A DNA stretch of 63,974 bases, filler included, from Reticulomyxa filosa (Eukaryota; Protista; Foraminifera), in NCBI GenBank assembly GCA_000512085.1. It is 12 parts of 12 records of this genome, joined end to end, with 100 filler letters (N's around TTAATTAATTAA, not from the genome) between each part and the next. Parts side by side here need not be neighbours in the genome. Positions count along the whole stretch, not along the records: positions 29,538 to 42,462 come from ASPP01005633.1; positions 42,563 to 45,521 come from ASPP01000420.1; positions 45,622 to 47,281 come from ASPP01025914.1; positions 47,382 to 50,762 come from ASPP01046257.1; 8 more parts are not named here. One strand, given 5' to 3'. The notes beneath the pieces are model-generated. The model was not told the origin of the DNA, made no database searches, and saw nothing but the letters and a program-made list of their open reading frames with translations. The first letter of the stretch is position 1, and each line of letters begins with the position of its first letter. A program made the translations under genes and the position numbers. Shown here piece after piece: positions 38,137 through 50,862 of this stretch.

Positions 38137-38907
38137 ATGTCTCAAGATACCAAGGCAATATTAGCAAACATGGCCACGTTTCAAGATGTAGAGAGCCCAA
38201 TGAAGCCAACTTCCTTTGGTCCTCTGAAACTTATTGTCAATGTGCGTGAATCTGCAGAAATGATTGAGAGCAACAAACGAACGTATGCAAGCAATGTGGC
38301 AAATGTGCAGACGAAAGCAAATTCGAACTATAACCTAAAAAATGCAAGCCAACAAAACTTGAAAGAAGAGATTCTACAAAAAGAGTTTGTTCTGAATGGA
38401 TTTAACAAAAACAATAAAGAAAACGCCGATCCAGCTTTTTCCGAAAAAAAAAACATTGGACGAAACAACACTTGGCCAGGAGACAAGAGTGAGCAAACAG
38501 AAAATGAAGTTTTGAAGGAGAAAATCAAACAATTGGAAATGGAAATAATACACTTGAAAACAATAATTCATCAATTGCAAGGCAATACTGCAAATGACTA
38601 TTTAAAAAAAAATTATGAATTTGACGATTGTATTGGAAACACCTCTGGCAATAACACCAAAAAGTCCGCAATGAGAAACACTTGGGAAGAAAATAAAAAC
38701 GTAAATTTTGAAGCCCGTGTAGAGGTAGTTTGTGATGCTATCAATGGCCAGAGATGTTCCGATCTGTATATAACATCTGAAAAAGCGTCGCAGTTGAGAC
38801 AAATTCGTATGTCTACACCACATCCAACACGAAGTTCGATTCATAGCCAAAGGTCTTTGAGGATGACGGTGATCTCATCCTCAGTGATGTTGACAAGACA
38901 CCTGTGA
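38137..38907 (+). CDS. Hypothetical protein with a short coiled coil
   Basis: 256-aa ORF with ENEVLKEKIKQLEMEIIHLKTIIHQLQ. It may extend to about 39008 through a frameshift. Confidence 0.6.
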   Translation: MSQDTKAILANMATFQDVESPMKPTSFGPLKLIVNVRESAEMIESNKRTYASNVANVQTKANSNYNLKNASQQNLKEEILQKEFVLNGFNKNNKENADPAFSEKKNIGRNNTWPGDKSEQTENEVLKEKIKQLEMEIIHLKTIIHQLQGNTANDYLKKNYEFDDCIGNTSGNNTKKSAMRNTWEENKNVNFEARVEVVCDAINGQRCSDLYITSEKASQLRQIRMSTPHPTRSSIHSQRSLRMTVISSSVMLTRHL

Positions 38908-39639
38908 ATATCCACGATTTGCGCAATATGCTAACGCCGGCGAATCCGAAGCTGCCGAGATATGAACAAAGCAAAATGGCAAATCATGGAGGGCCTTTTC
39001 AGCCTTAGCAGGCACAAGTGAATGCAGCAATAGCAATGAGGTCCCTACTGAACAAGCTCAAACCAATGCAAGAGATTACTTGTACTTGCAACCAAATTTC
39101 AGCAATCAAACAGATAAAGTTAGCGTCCAAAACATTGTCCAAGATTTGGACATGATCATGTCTCGGGTTTTGATTTCTATGCCGGATAATGTTAACTCCA
39201 ATGAAAAAATTACTAATCAGAATAAGTGACAAAGGACTTTTATTTCTTTTATTTTTTTTGTTTGGATGGTGTTATTCAAAGGAGAGTTTTTTTGTTTGAG
39301 CGCTTATCCTTTTTTCCAGTGCACATACCACAGACTGTGATGGAAACGTGCACAGTTGTAAACAAAGCGTTGAAGAGACGTTAATTTATATTTTGTGCTT
39401 TATCTATTTAACATAAACTCACTCAACATTTTCAAAAAATGTAAGAGCAAATAGTTAATTTCATACTGTTCCTGGAAATTAAACACTTTTTATCTCAAAT
39501 TTTTTAGTGCAAGCAACATTATTTCTTTGGGTCTTTGTCTTGTTTGTTTTTGCAACGAAGCAAATAATTTTTTTTGAACTTGAAATATAATTTTCGATTG
39601 TTGTTGTCGGCTGTGTGAGTTTGAGAAATTTAATAATCT

Positions 39640-41410
39640 TTTTCTTTTATTTTTTGTTTTTATTAGAGTACTGTATTCCTTTTGGGACGAGGTACTATTT
39701 TTTAACTGGGATAAATCTTAATTATCGCTAAAAAGAAAAATATTATAACTGATGGAGATTGGAATACAATCATTCTGCTTAGCGAGAAAGATCTTATCCT
39801 AGTTAAAAGAGCAAATCGTCACAAAAGGAACAAAGTACTATAAAGAAAAACGAAAAGCAAAAGGAAAAGATTATGTGGGAAAATTGAGGTAGCACCAAGT
39901 GTAATAAGAAAGTATTTACTGAAAGGTGTTCTCAAAAGGCAAACAAAAGTAGTTAATAATCAAGATAAACAATTCACTGACAAGAAATAAGAAAACAGAA
40001 AAGTGAAAGAAGAAAGACAGTGAAGGTTGTTGAAGAAAAAAAGGGTTCCCTCGTTCATACGAAGCTATACTGTAATTAGTATGGCATTGCACTACAATTA
40101 GCAAAAATTAATCAAATTCATGTAGGAAGCTCAAGTACAGAAGTTGTAAGTGTAGTACGATGGACGCTTTTTTTAAGGACAGTTTCCAATAAAACAAAAA
40201 TGAGTTAAATAAGAGTAATTAACAACAAGAAAACGACAAAGAAGTGAAAAGAGTTTTGAAGGAGTTTAACCTACTGGGGATTCATCAGGCCCTTTCGAGT
40301 TAGGCCATATACAGCAGGGGCTTGCAATAGACTCACACAATTGACAACTGTTCTTCAATGTAGATCGTCAGGTGGATTACTGGAGTGTTGATAACTGGAT
40401 AATATGAGGCATTGTTTTCAAAGTGTTGAAGTTTCATAAAATATTGAAATTCAATATACTTTTCAACAAATTAAAGAAAACCAAAACAAATAAAAAAGCA
40501 AACACTTATCATAATCAAAAAATGTGTGAAGTTATTTGATGACTTGTTTAATAGCAAAGTACTAAATTTTGTTGATATTTTGGTTAGCTTACTGTTTACT
40601 GCAGCTTCGTTTGACTCGTTGAGTAGTTGAAAGATATCTTGCATTTCTCGATATATGAGATTTTCAAGTAGTAAAAAATTTTTTTTTAGTAGTTTATTTC
40701 TTTGAATCATGCCTTTGAGTCTCTTTCACCACGAACTTTGCCAACGACGAAATCGAAGTAACCCTTTCAGATACTCCAGATGATGCAGTATCTAGTTGAT
40801 TCTTTCTTAAATTTCCTTCAAAATAAAACTTTTTTGCAAAAGTTGGTCTTGATGATGAAGGATATTAAAATAAATTTTTTTTGTCATGCTCCAACAGTTC
40901 TGATAATAAATAATTGGCAATTTATAGATGTCAGAATCCCGTTTATCGAATATCAAGAACTTGCAATCAATGAGGATAATTAATCTTCCACAATAAGTGT
41001 TTAAATTTTATTTTTTGTTTAGTTTGCTTTAATTTGTTAAAAGATGTGAATTGAATATCAATATTTTCCTGAGACTTCAACACTTCGAAAACAATGCTAA
41101 GAGGTTTCAGTTGAGCATTAGCATTGCTCATGTAATCCCCCTGACCATTCCACAGGGACGAGCCAAATTTGTTTTACAACTGTTGATTGATCTCGCCGTA
41201 CAACCTTTGAGATTTATATGTTTTTTTTGATATTTTAAAGATTAAATTAAAACTTAAAATTTTTTTTTAATTGTTGTTGATTGTGGGAGTTTTTGATATA
41301 TTTTGTTGATCTTTTCCTTTTTTGTTTGTTTTTATTAGAGTACTGTATTTCTTTTGGGACGAGATGCTCATTTTAACTTGGATAAGATCTTATTCTTGAT
41401 AAAAAAAAAA
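39640..41410. repeat. Cluster of LINE 5'-UTR-like fragments in opposite orientations
   Basis: Motif TTAGAGTACTGTATT.CTTTTGGGACGAG..TTTTAACT.GGATAA at about 39660(+), 39780-39870(-) and 41330(+). A second inverted pair lies at about 40368-40510 and 40992-41145. Confidence 0.75.
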
Positions 41411-41419
41411 AGAAATTAC

Positions 41420-42462
41420 AATTAGAAAAGCATCAACATTAGACAGCATTAATTCACTGAATGAAGGAAACACAAGAAATTTATTTACACAATTCAAGGC
41501 ATTGAATACCAATAAGATATGTATTATTCCAGCATTGGAGACAAGTTCAGTAGCAAGATCAGATATTGATAAAGCATATTTATTGGCAAAGACATTCGCA
41601 GAGCAACCTCAACTTCCAAAAGATGTGGACGAGAAGCATTATGAACTGGTTGAAGATGATATCAGATTTAAAGTGGAGATATCTAAACTATTGGAATTGA
41701 ATGATAATTTCATTGATATTCATCAAAATGATATTACAAAAGAAGAAGTTATTGAGGCTATGAGATATTTGTCTCCATACAAAGCTCAAGGTCCTGACAA
41801 CATCCACAATCAAATTCTCAAGACTGAGCAACACAATGATTAAATCATTGGTATTCCTATTTGTATGGAGCTTTCGAATAGGATATATGCCTATTGCATG
41901 GAAAAAGGTAAACATTGTGCCTGACAGAGATTATAGTCAGTACAAGGATCATACGCCGATTGCATTGTTTTCAAGTTTTGGTAAATTGATGGAAAGGATC
42001 ATCACAAGGAGATTAATATAGTGATTGAATGATAAGCAATTATTACATCAAACACGCAGGATTCCAGTCTTGGCACAACGCAGATGAATTGTTATTAAGA
42101 TTGACTGAGACGACTACAAGTCATTCGATTGCAATTTAGTGACTTATGCAGTGTTATTGGATATATGCAGCATATGATAGTATTTGGAGAAATGCATTGA
42201 GATATAAAATGAAAAGTAAATTTAAATTAGATGAGAGATTATATTATTGGATTGACAGTTTCTTATCAGATCGACTTGGAAGAGTTGTATTGAATGGAAC
42301 AAATTCAGATATGATGGAATTCAATACTGGAGTTTCCCAAGGATCTGCTTTATCCCCAATATTGTTTCTATTGTATATTGATGATTTACCAACAGTCATA
42401 AATCAATCTATTCAATGTGGAATGTTTGCTGATGACGTGGCACTTTGGACATCGATATTTAC
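41420..42462 (+). mobile_element. Non-LTR retrotransposon reverse transcriptase fragment (disrupted)
   Basis: KAQGPDNIHN, WKKVNIVP, PIALFSSFGKLMERI, AAYDSIW, GVSQGSALSPILFLLYIDDL and MFADDVAL. Runs into the spacer. Confidence 0.93.
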
Positions 42463-42562
42463 NNNNNNNNNNNNNNNNNNNNNNNNNNNNNNNNNNNNNN
42501 NNNNNNTTAATTAATTAANNNNNNNNNNNNNNNNNNNNNNNNNNNNNNNNNNNNNNNNNNNN

Positions 42563-42865
42563 AATAAGTCATGTCATCTCATTTACATCATTTGTAAATA
42601 TTGATGTCCATAATGCTACATCATCAGCGAACATACCACATTGAATAGGCTGTTGAATGATTGTTGGTAAGTCATTAATATATAATAGGAATAATATTGG
42701 GGATAAAGCAGATCCTTGAGGAACTTCTGTATTGAATTGCATCCTGAATTAGTTCCATTCAATACAACTCGATAAGAAGCTATCAATCCACCAATATAAT
42801 CTTCCATCCAGTTGAAATTCGTGTCTCATTTTATTTCTCCATACACTGTCATATGCTGCAGAAAT
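42563..42865 (-). mobile_element. LINE RT fragment
   Basis: Reverse strand reads ISAAYDSVW and VPQGSALSPILFLLYINDLP..GMFADDVALWTSIF. Confidence 0.88.
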
Positions 42866-42959
42866 GTGTTTTTGTGTTTTCTTAGAACGAAGTGCTCTCT
42901 TAACTTGAAAGTCTTCCAAGAATCTGTGAAAATGAAATTTTTTATTTGAAATGTATGTT

Positions 42960-43570
42960 TACTTTTGTAAAGCAGGATGTTGTTTAGTACTGTACCTTTT
43001 TTGGTGAGGTGCTTCTTTCTGTTATTCGTTTGAATTCAACTTTTGGCATCAAATTTTTCTCTCTAAAAAAAAACACACAAAATAAAAATAAAATGATTGA
43101 TCAAATGGATGAAATCAAAATTCGAAAAAGAATTAAAAGAAGCAAGATTTTATTATAATTTGTGGAGATTGGAATGCACATCACTCTGCTTGGTTAGACA
43201 AGAATATTGATGATATTGGTGAATCAGTGATGGACTTTATCAGAAATAACAATTTACAAATAATGAATGGAATTTAAGAAGTGATAAATGGGGACTTGTC
43301 TCGACAAATACTTGGAATGAAATTGAGATAATGGAAAAAGAATATTCTATGTGGAATCAAAATAATCAACAATTATTAGATGTTGCTGTGGAATCTTGGA
43401 CTAATTGTGTGATGGAATCAGCAGCATGTCCATCAATTGAAAAGAAAGTATATAAAAAAACAAAACTGAAGTAAACTACAAGAGGTACAAATGGGCAATA
43501 CAATCAAAAAGAAAATTGAAACAGGAGAAACGAGAGTGTTTGATCAAGAGTATCGAATCATTGAACGAAG
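42960..43570 (+). mobile_element. Internally deleted LINE relic (UTR-like motif, APE and linker fragments)
   Basis: IICGDWNAHHSAW and DVAVESWTNCV follow a UTR-like TTAGTACTGTA..TTTTGG motif. Confidence 0.75.
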
Positions 43571-43949
43571 ATTATCGAGATCATATCGATATATCTCAAA
43601 ATCGTCGGAAAGTCAAGTCGTTTCAACATAACAAGAATCATCAAATCAAAGTCCGAAATTTTTTTTTTACTAATTTTTATAGATAGTTGGATTTTTGTGA
43701 TATTTGTGTGCTTTTTAACCTTTTTCACCATTTTGCAACGTTTTTGTTGCAAAATCGAGGCAAATACCCGTCTTTTGTGATTGGCAGAACTCCGAGTGTT
43801 GAGTAACTTCTACTGAACCTCGGGCAAAACCGAAACCCACTCGCTAATAACAAGGCTTGTGAAGGCGATCCTCTTTACCCCAATCGGCTATACTGCAAGC
43901 AATGATTGGACAAACATGTTTGCATGGTGGCATTGGAATTGGAATTAAT

Positions 43950-45521
43950 CATCAAAAGAAAACGAAAAGGAAAACATGATTGATTAATAAATGAAGAAGG
44001 CAAAGCATTCAACTTTGCAAATTGTTGTGTCAAGTTCAAATTCGCAACACATCGACGAAAAAAAAGTTGATGAGATTACATTCGATGATATGTGGAAAAG
44101 AATATTGCTCCAAAGTTCCAACGATAGTCATAACTCCAATTAGATCCAAAGAGCTTCGATCAGCAACATCAGTGTGTATCAATCTGATAAAGAAACATTG
44201 GAAGATTATGGATATCAAATACAAGAAGTGAAAAGATTCCATAAGATGCCAATTGTTAAAGTGATGTTATCCAAGACTGAAGATGCATTAAGATATTGAA
44301 AGATAATGACATTCAGATTGGATATTCAATGGTGAAAGTGGAACCATTTGATAGAAATAAATCGAGACCAAAGTCACATTTCAAGCAATGCAGAAACTGA
44401 ACCATATTGCTCGTGAATGCCCAAAGAAACGTAAAGTGTGCAAATATTGCGGATTGGCTAATCACGAAGCAGCAAAATGCAGAAACAAGAACAATCCAAG
44501 CAAACACAAATGTGTGTTATGTAGTGGGCAACATCCAAGTAATTCTGTGCAGTGTGAAGTGATTCGCAAGGCAAGAGAAAAACTTGGTATTAAATTAACG
44601 AGGAAGATACATTCCTGAAGAAAAAAGCATCTCAAACCGTTCCTATTAAATCAAATGTGCAGCAACAAGCCAAGAATTACTCTTATACTGATGCTGCCAA
44701 AGACCAAATGGAAATGAAAATAATAATGGCCCACCAATAAGGAAATGGGTTCAGAATAATATCAACGGATTCTATTTCAAGTATCTTTATGTTCATCACT
44801 GGAGTGAAACATAGAGATCTGGAGTGTTATGTCGAAGAGATTTGCATTCCATTCAATAACATGCCTGATACATTTAATGTATTTGGTTATGAGTCGTGTT
44901 GGGTGGAAATCTCTTATTCTGCAATTTCTATCGAAATCTGCAGCTCAGAAAATAACTGAACACATTATCATTGGAGATTGGAATGCACATCATCCTGCAT
45001 GGTTGGACCAGAATACTGATGATGTGGGTGATTGTATTCTCGATTTCATTACATCCAACGGATTGCATATTATCAATACATTGCCATATCAAGTATTGAT
45101 ATCACATTATGTTCATCATTTATTCTTCCATTTGCTAGTAATTGGAGAACGGATAATATTGATTTGGATGTGCACTCAGATCACGTTCAATATCAAAACC
45201 ACGTGGTCTTCACCACGAATTGAGACTTGGGAACAATTTAGATTGAGATTGATCCTATTGTATTGGATATTGGACAAAGCAGTTGAATCTTGGACTAAAT
45301 GTGTTGTTGAAGCTGGAGGGGTAACCATTGGTATAAGGACAATAAACCTTGGTGGAGTGACAGTTTATGTCGATTACGAAAGAGAGTTCAAAAATTAAAG
45401 AGCAAAGAATTTCCAAGCAGCTGCAACGGAAATTGTTATTTAAAAAACATCAGCACATGGATGATAAGCATTATGATATTGTAAAAAAAGATATTATATT
45501 CAAAGTGGCGATATCCAAGCC
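43950..45521 (+). mobile_element. LINE ORF1 (three CCHC knuckles) and APE fragments, internally deleted
   Basis: NHIARECPK, CKYCGLANH and CVLCSGQH; IIGDWNAHHPAW, SSIDITL, HSDH and DKAVESWTKCV. Confidence 0.88.
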
Positions 45522-48500
45522 NNNNNNNNNNNNNNNNNNNNNNNNNNNNNNNNNNNNNNNNNNNNTTAATTAATTAANNNNNNNNNNNNNNNNNNNNNNN
45601 NNNNNNNNNNNNNNNNNNNNNGTTTGCATCGACATTAACAATTTCATTTGGGACATCACTATTGCCAACGACATTATCGTCCAATCATTTTTAAGCCAAG
45701 GACCAGGCGGATACTTTTTGAAACAGTTGAAACAAATCAAACATCTGTGAGGTCAGCGCAAATGCCCAGAAACTTGAGTCACAACAAGACGAAAAGGACG
45801 GAAATGAATCTGAAGCATAGTCTTTGGAATCAGTCAGTGGCATCCAAGTGTCCAAAGAGTCATCTGCGTCAGATAATGATGCCTCAGCTGCTCAACCAAT
45901 ACTGCTTGACATTGCCCCAAAGACTGTTGCAATCAAACCCAAAGAAAAAGAAGAAGCTTTATATGTCATTTCTTTGGCTTTTATTCTCTATAGTAGAATC
46001 ATAATAACAGTAATGACAATGAGATAACAACACAAACATATGCACACTGCAATCATTAGTATTGAGGTTGCTACGTATATTTATTAATACATATAAAAGA
46101 TTGCGACAAATGAAACTAATGCCAAACAAGTGGAGCCACAAAACTTGTAAGAATTCAAATTGTTTGACATTGACTCATGTATATCTTACAGACCCAAGGA
46201 AAAATCATCAGCAGCAGATGCCAAGCCAAAAGAACAGAAGTGCAAAGTCCGAACGAAGTAACAGTATGTGCACTGTTACGCATAGAAAATGGCTCCCTTC
46301 AATTGCGGTGATCAGACCATATCATGACTATTACCATTCACAAGTCCCATATACTCCTGCTTTTTGTATATGTCCCACCCAATGATCCAACAAATCATAG
46401 CATTATCGATGGTATATTTCAAGACTTATCAAACCTGATCCAGCTGTTTGAAACTATGCAATATTCAATCGTAATCCTCTGAGATTTCAACGCATGTATC
46501 CATGTTACCGGAGACATCCACACAAACCGAAACGGCAATATGCCGCAACAAATGGTACAATCTGCCAATTACACATTCTCCACGTGATACAAGCATATGT
46601 GATACGGACATATCATCAATACTCCACACAAACAAACGTTAGCTCAATTGTCGACTATGCTATTGTTAATAAATTTTTTCTGCAACCAATAACAACCAAC
46701 TACCAATCCAAAGCATACACACATTCCTCCCCAAATTTCAAATCACCACGCAAGCCACAAAACTCAAAACAGTCCGCCAATGTCACACCATCCGTCAAAA
46801 TAAAAATCGACATCAACAAAATAATCGAACTATGGACGTCCAATTACAATAACACATTGATAATATTAGTACGTGCATTCACAGATGAGGCGATCAAGCA
46901 GCAACAACCTTTAGACATTTGCTTACTAAGTACCAACAGCACAAGCACATTTTCCTGCAAGCAGACGTCACCACAATGTTATCCAAGTTGCAAATGATGG
47001 CAAGGACCGACGTTTCTATGAGATTATTCGATATCTTCGACCACAACCACCTTTCCCATTACACAATCGTGATAAAATCCCTATTTACATTGAACAAGAA
47101 CAATGCAAGATGTTATTCCAATACTACAAACAGTTTTATAGTAAATCCAGATAATACAATTGTAACTATTGCTCCTTTGTAATTACATTTTTCATGAAAA
47201 GTACTTGCTCCAAATTCTATTAATTCAACGATATAATAATGTTACTTTACTTTCTTTTCCTTTTGGTAAATATGACAACAANNNNNNNNNNNNNNNNNNN
47301 NNNNNNNNNNNNNNNNNNNNNNNNNTTAATTAATTAANNNNNNNNNNNNNNNNNNNNNNNNNNNNNNNNNNNNNNNNNNNNTTTGATAAATTTCTTTTTT
47401 CTAAAATTAAATGATTAATTACATCTTGCAATGATGAAAGAAATTTGTTAAATAGACTGAAAAAAGAAAATAATTTCTTATTATCTTGCAAAAATGTTAT
47501 GAAAAATTGTGAAATTTTTTTACAAAATTATTCAAACAAAAATACTTTCACATTACAATAGAGCTATGATAAAGTTAAAACTACATTGCAATCCAATTTG
47601 GAAACAAAAATTTCTATTAAATAATTGTTAAATTTTTTTTTTACTATTTAAATGTATAATTAAAGTTCAGCGTACCAATTTGGTTTGTTATTCTAATGTT
47701 GTGTAAGTCTTTTTTTGGTTATCTTCGCATTCATTAATAAATTTTTTCTAATTACTTCCTTCATGATTGTCCAGATTTTGTCCAAATATATCCCATCTAT
47801 TAAGATATAACATATTAAGATATAATTTTTTTAAAATAAGACAGATAAAAAAAAATTAATTGTCAATTTTTTTCCGTCTTCGCTTCACTTTTTCTGGTAA
47901 TTTCTGGCGATTGTTCCACTTTTTCTGGAGATTGCTCCGCATCATCTGGTGATTGCTCCACTTTTACTGGAGATTGCTTCAAGTCTTCTGACAATTTTTC
48001 TACAAATACTGCCGATTTTTCTTGCTTTCTTCGTTGTTTCCTCGGTGGTGTTTCAATGCCGTTTAAACGTTTGATATACTTATCCTTGTTTGCTGCTATT
48101 AATTTAACATGTTTAATTTCAATTCCGCTTTTAATTGATTCTTTGTTAGATTATTGTAGTCAACAACCACTTGCTGAGTTTGTATGTTTCTACCAGCGCT
48201 TTTATGGTATTTGGAATCATTTGTCTTTCTTTTCTTTTTGAGCTAAATCTTTTCTTGACAAAGCATTAAGTTTGTTTCTTCCCATTGCGTTTGTTCACAT
48301 TGCTTTCTTTTCGGCATCTTGCATTTGCTCAGTTTTTGCAATAATGTTCAAATAACTCAAACAATATATAAAACAATGAACTTTTGTTGATTAAAAAAAG
48401 GATAGAACTTAGTTCATATTACACTTTGTAAAAATGATACTTTTTTTTTTCACTTGCGCAGAGTATTTTGTGATTGGTACTTTTAAATTGAGTACTTAAA

Positions 48501-49683
48501 ACACAAAACTATCTCATCTGCAACCAAAGCAATTTCATCGTGCCCGGTCCAGATATGACATGGCAATGAAACAAAACGAAAGAAAGTACATATTGTCACA
48601 ACAACAACAAATTTTTGATAAAGTTCTAAAAAAAGAACAACTTTTTCCCTTCTAGCAGTTACTTATTTGAACTTTGTATGTATCCTGGTTTTTAGTTCAT
48701 TGACTACTATCGCTTCTCCTTACTTCCACTGTTTTTACCTAAGATTGATGCCCATGTTAGCTAGATAACTGATTATTATTATTCAATACAAATGATTTGT
48801 ATTTTACATATCTTGTTTTTCTTGTTTGCTTGGCTTGTACGTATTTTTCACTCATAGCTTCCTTCTTGTTGCAATCATATGTTTTGTCAATTGTTTCACA
48901 ATTTTAATTCTGTCTGCAGAAATAGAAGAAAGTATTTAAGTATTTTAATACACTCTTCAATGATAAATTTTTATTTGATGGTTTATTAGGATCTGTGTTT
49001 CCTGATGCTAATGTAAAAGGTACTAAAGAAGAAGAAAAATATTATAATGATTAACTAAATGACTTAATTTCATATTATACAAGCTATCAATTCAACTGGC
49101 ATAAACGTAGAATATAGTATTTGATGGTGATAAATCTTGAATGGCAGGAAATCTAAATTCCGTTTTAGATTATAACAAACCTAATAATGAAAGATTATTA
49201 TTAACAAACAGAGTGTAAGAATACCAAGTCTGAACGCGCTACATCAATGACAGTATCACAACGTGATATGGTGATAATGTGTTGCATCATCAATATTATT
49301 TTTCAATCAATTAGAGAATTATATTTACAAAGGCCTAGTCGAATCTATGTTTCAAAATGAAAACAGTTCAAAAATATTTTAAAATATAATGAAGCAGTCA
49401 TGATTTAGAAAAAATTAAACTAAATCTTGATATGGATGTTTTTGTAACAATGGGTTTTGATTACGCTGAACATTTTGACTATCACGTGCATGTATAGTGT
49501 ATTAGTAATTTCAAAGATGATGATGATATAACAACAAAAAGGTTAGTACGTTTGGATACATGAAGCATTAAGATTATTTCGTGATAGTTTGTTACTGTAG
49601 AAGAAAGAAAATAGACATTTTAATAATATCGATTAGAACAAGCTTTAACAAACATAATTCTTTTTTTCAGTTCGATTATATGT

Positions 49684-50558
49684 TTAATGCTTTGGAAAAA
49701 CTTCATTTTTGTAAAAAATGATATCACAATCTGTTGTATCTTGTGTTTGTACACAATATAATTTTTCATTTATACTTTGGCGAATCGATACCTTAATATA
49801 TTGCAACATATGATGTAATGTATACTTCTTTTTATAATTTAATTTGATAGTTTCTTTTATGTTTTGCTGAACAGAGACAAATCAGGAGCTGTATTTCCTT
49901 TCGTGTTGACCAGATGGTTAAAAAACCTTAGTCTTTATCGCAGCATAACTTTTCTTTTGGTCGCATTGTAACTTGAGAGAAGTTGGAAGTATATTCATTA
50001 CGGCAAATATCAATAATAATTTTAGGTATGTCTTTCAACGATGGTATCTAATCACAATCAAACGTTGATCTTATATACAAATTGATATTTTAATTCGTCT
50101 TCAAATAGTCCTTTAAAATTACATATATCTTCATCTGCATTCAAAAGATTAGTTTTCCAACAATAATCACTAATTGCTATCATTATTAATAGTGCATTTC
50201 TCACCTTTCTTACTCTTTCTTTTGGTATAATTGGAAATAATAATCCTATTTAATAGAAATATTATATTAGATTAAATAGTTTTCATTTAAAATTAACTTT
50301 ACGATCGTCTTCTTTTTTATTTTTATTTCTTTCATGCAACAGCTCAATAAGATCGGTTTTAATATGTGTGAACAAAGTTCTTTCTCCATTATGCCCAATA
50401 ATGTAATATATTTTTTATCTTCAATTCTTTCATAGAAGGAAAACAAATAAATTTGAATGAAAGCTGAAATACCAAAGTGGCATTGACAGCTCTTCAAATA
50501 TGTCACATGCCCAATTCTCTTCGGAGTCGACCAAATCTATTGATTTCTACTCACTCAT
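49684..50558 (-). pseudogene. Caspase-like (peptidase C14 fold) pseudogene
   Basis: VRNALLIMIAISDY..NFKGLFEDELKYQF, LKDIPKIIIDICRN (catalytic-Cys strand, about 50000-50038), *GFLTIWST and YCVQTQDTT. The His-bearing segment is missing and stops are present. Confidence 0.7.
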
Positions 50559-50862
50559 TTTTTTTAAGTCGCTTCGCATTAAGCGTCAATAGTCCCTTGA
50601 AAAAAACTATAGTATTTTCACTAGTCCCAAAAAAAAAGCTACTATCCACCAACAAATTTTAAAAAAAGAAAATGAATGAAAAATCAAAAAAGAAAAGAAT
50701 GAATAAGGCGCCCCAGGGACATTGTGGCGCCTCCCAATTCAATCTTTTCTTTTTGATTTTGTNNNNNNNNNNNNNNNNNNNNNNNNNNNNNNNNNNNNNN
50801 NNNNNNTTAATTAATTAANNNNNNNNNNNNNNNNNNNNNNNNNNNNNNNNNNNNNNNNNNNN

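Noticed and set aside
43780-43860. HDV-like ribozyme at a LINE 5' end (hairpin plus GCTAAT)
   Set aside because: I could not build the P1/P3/P1.1 pairings of the double pseudoknot.
48960-49700. Possible MULE transposase relic (VFPDANVKG)
   Set aside because: One short motif without the following C.FH or other catalytic motifs.
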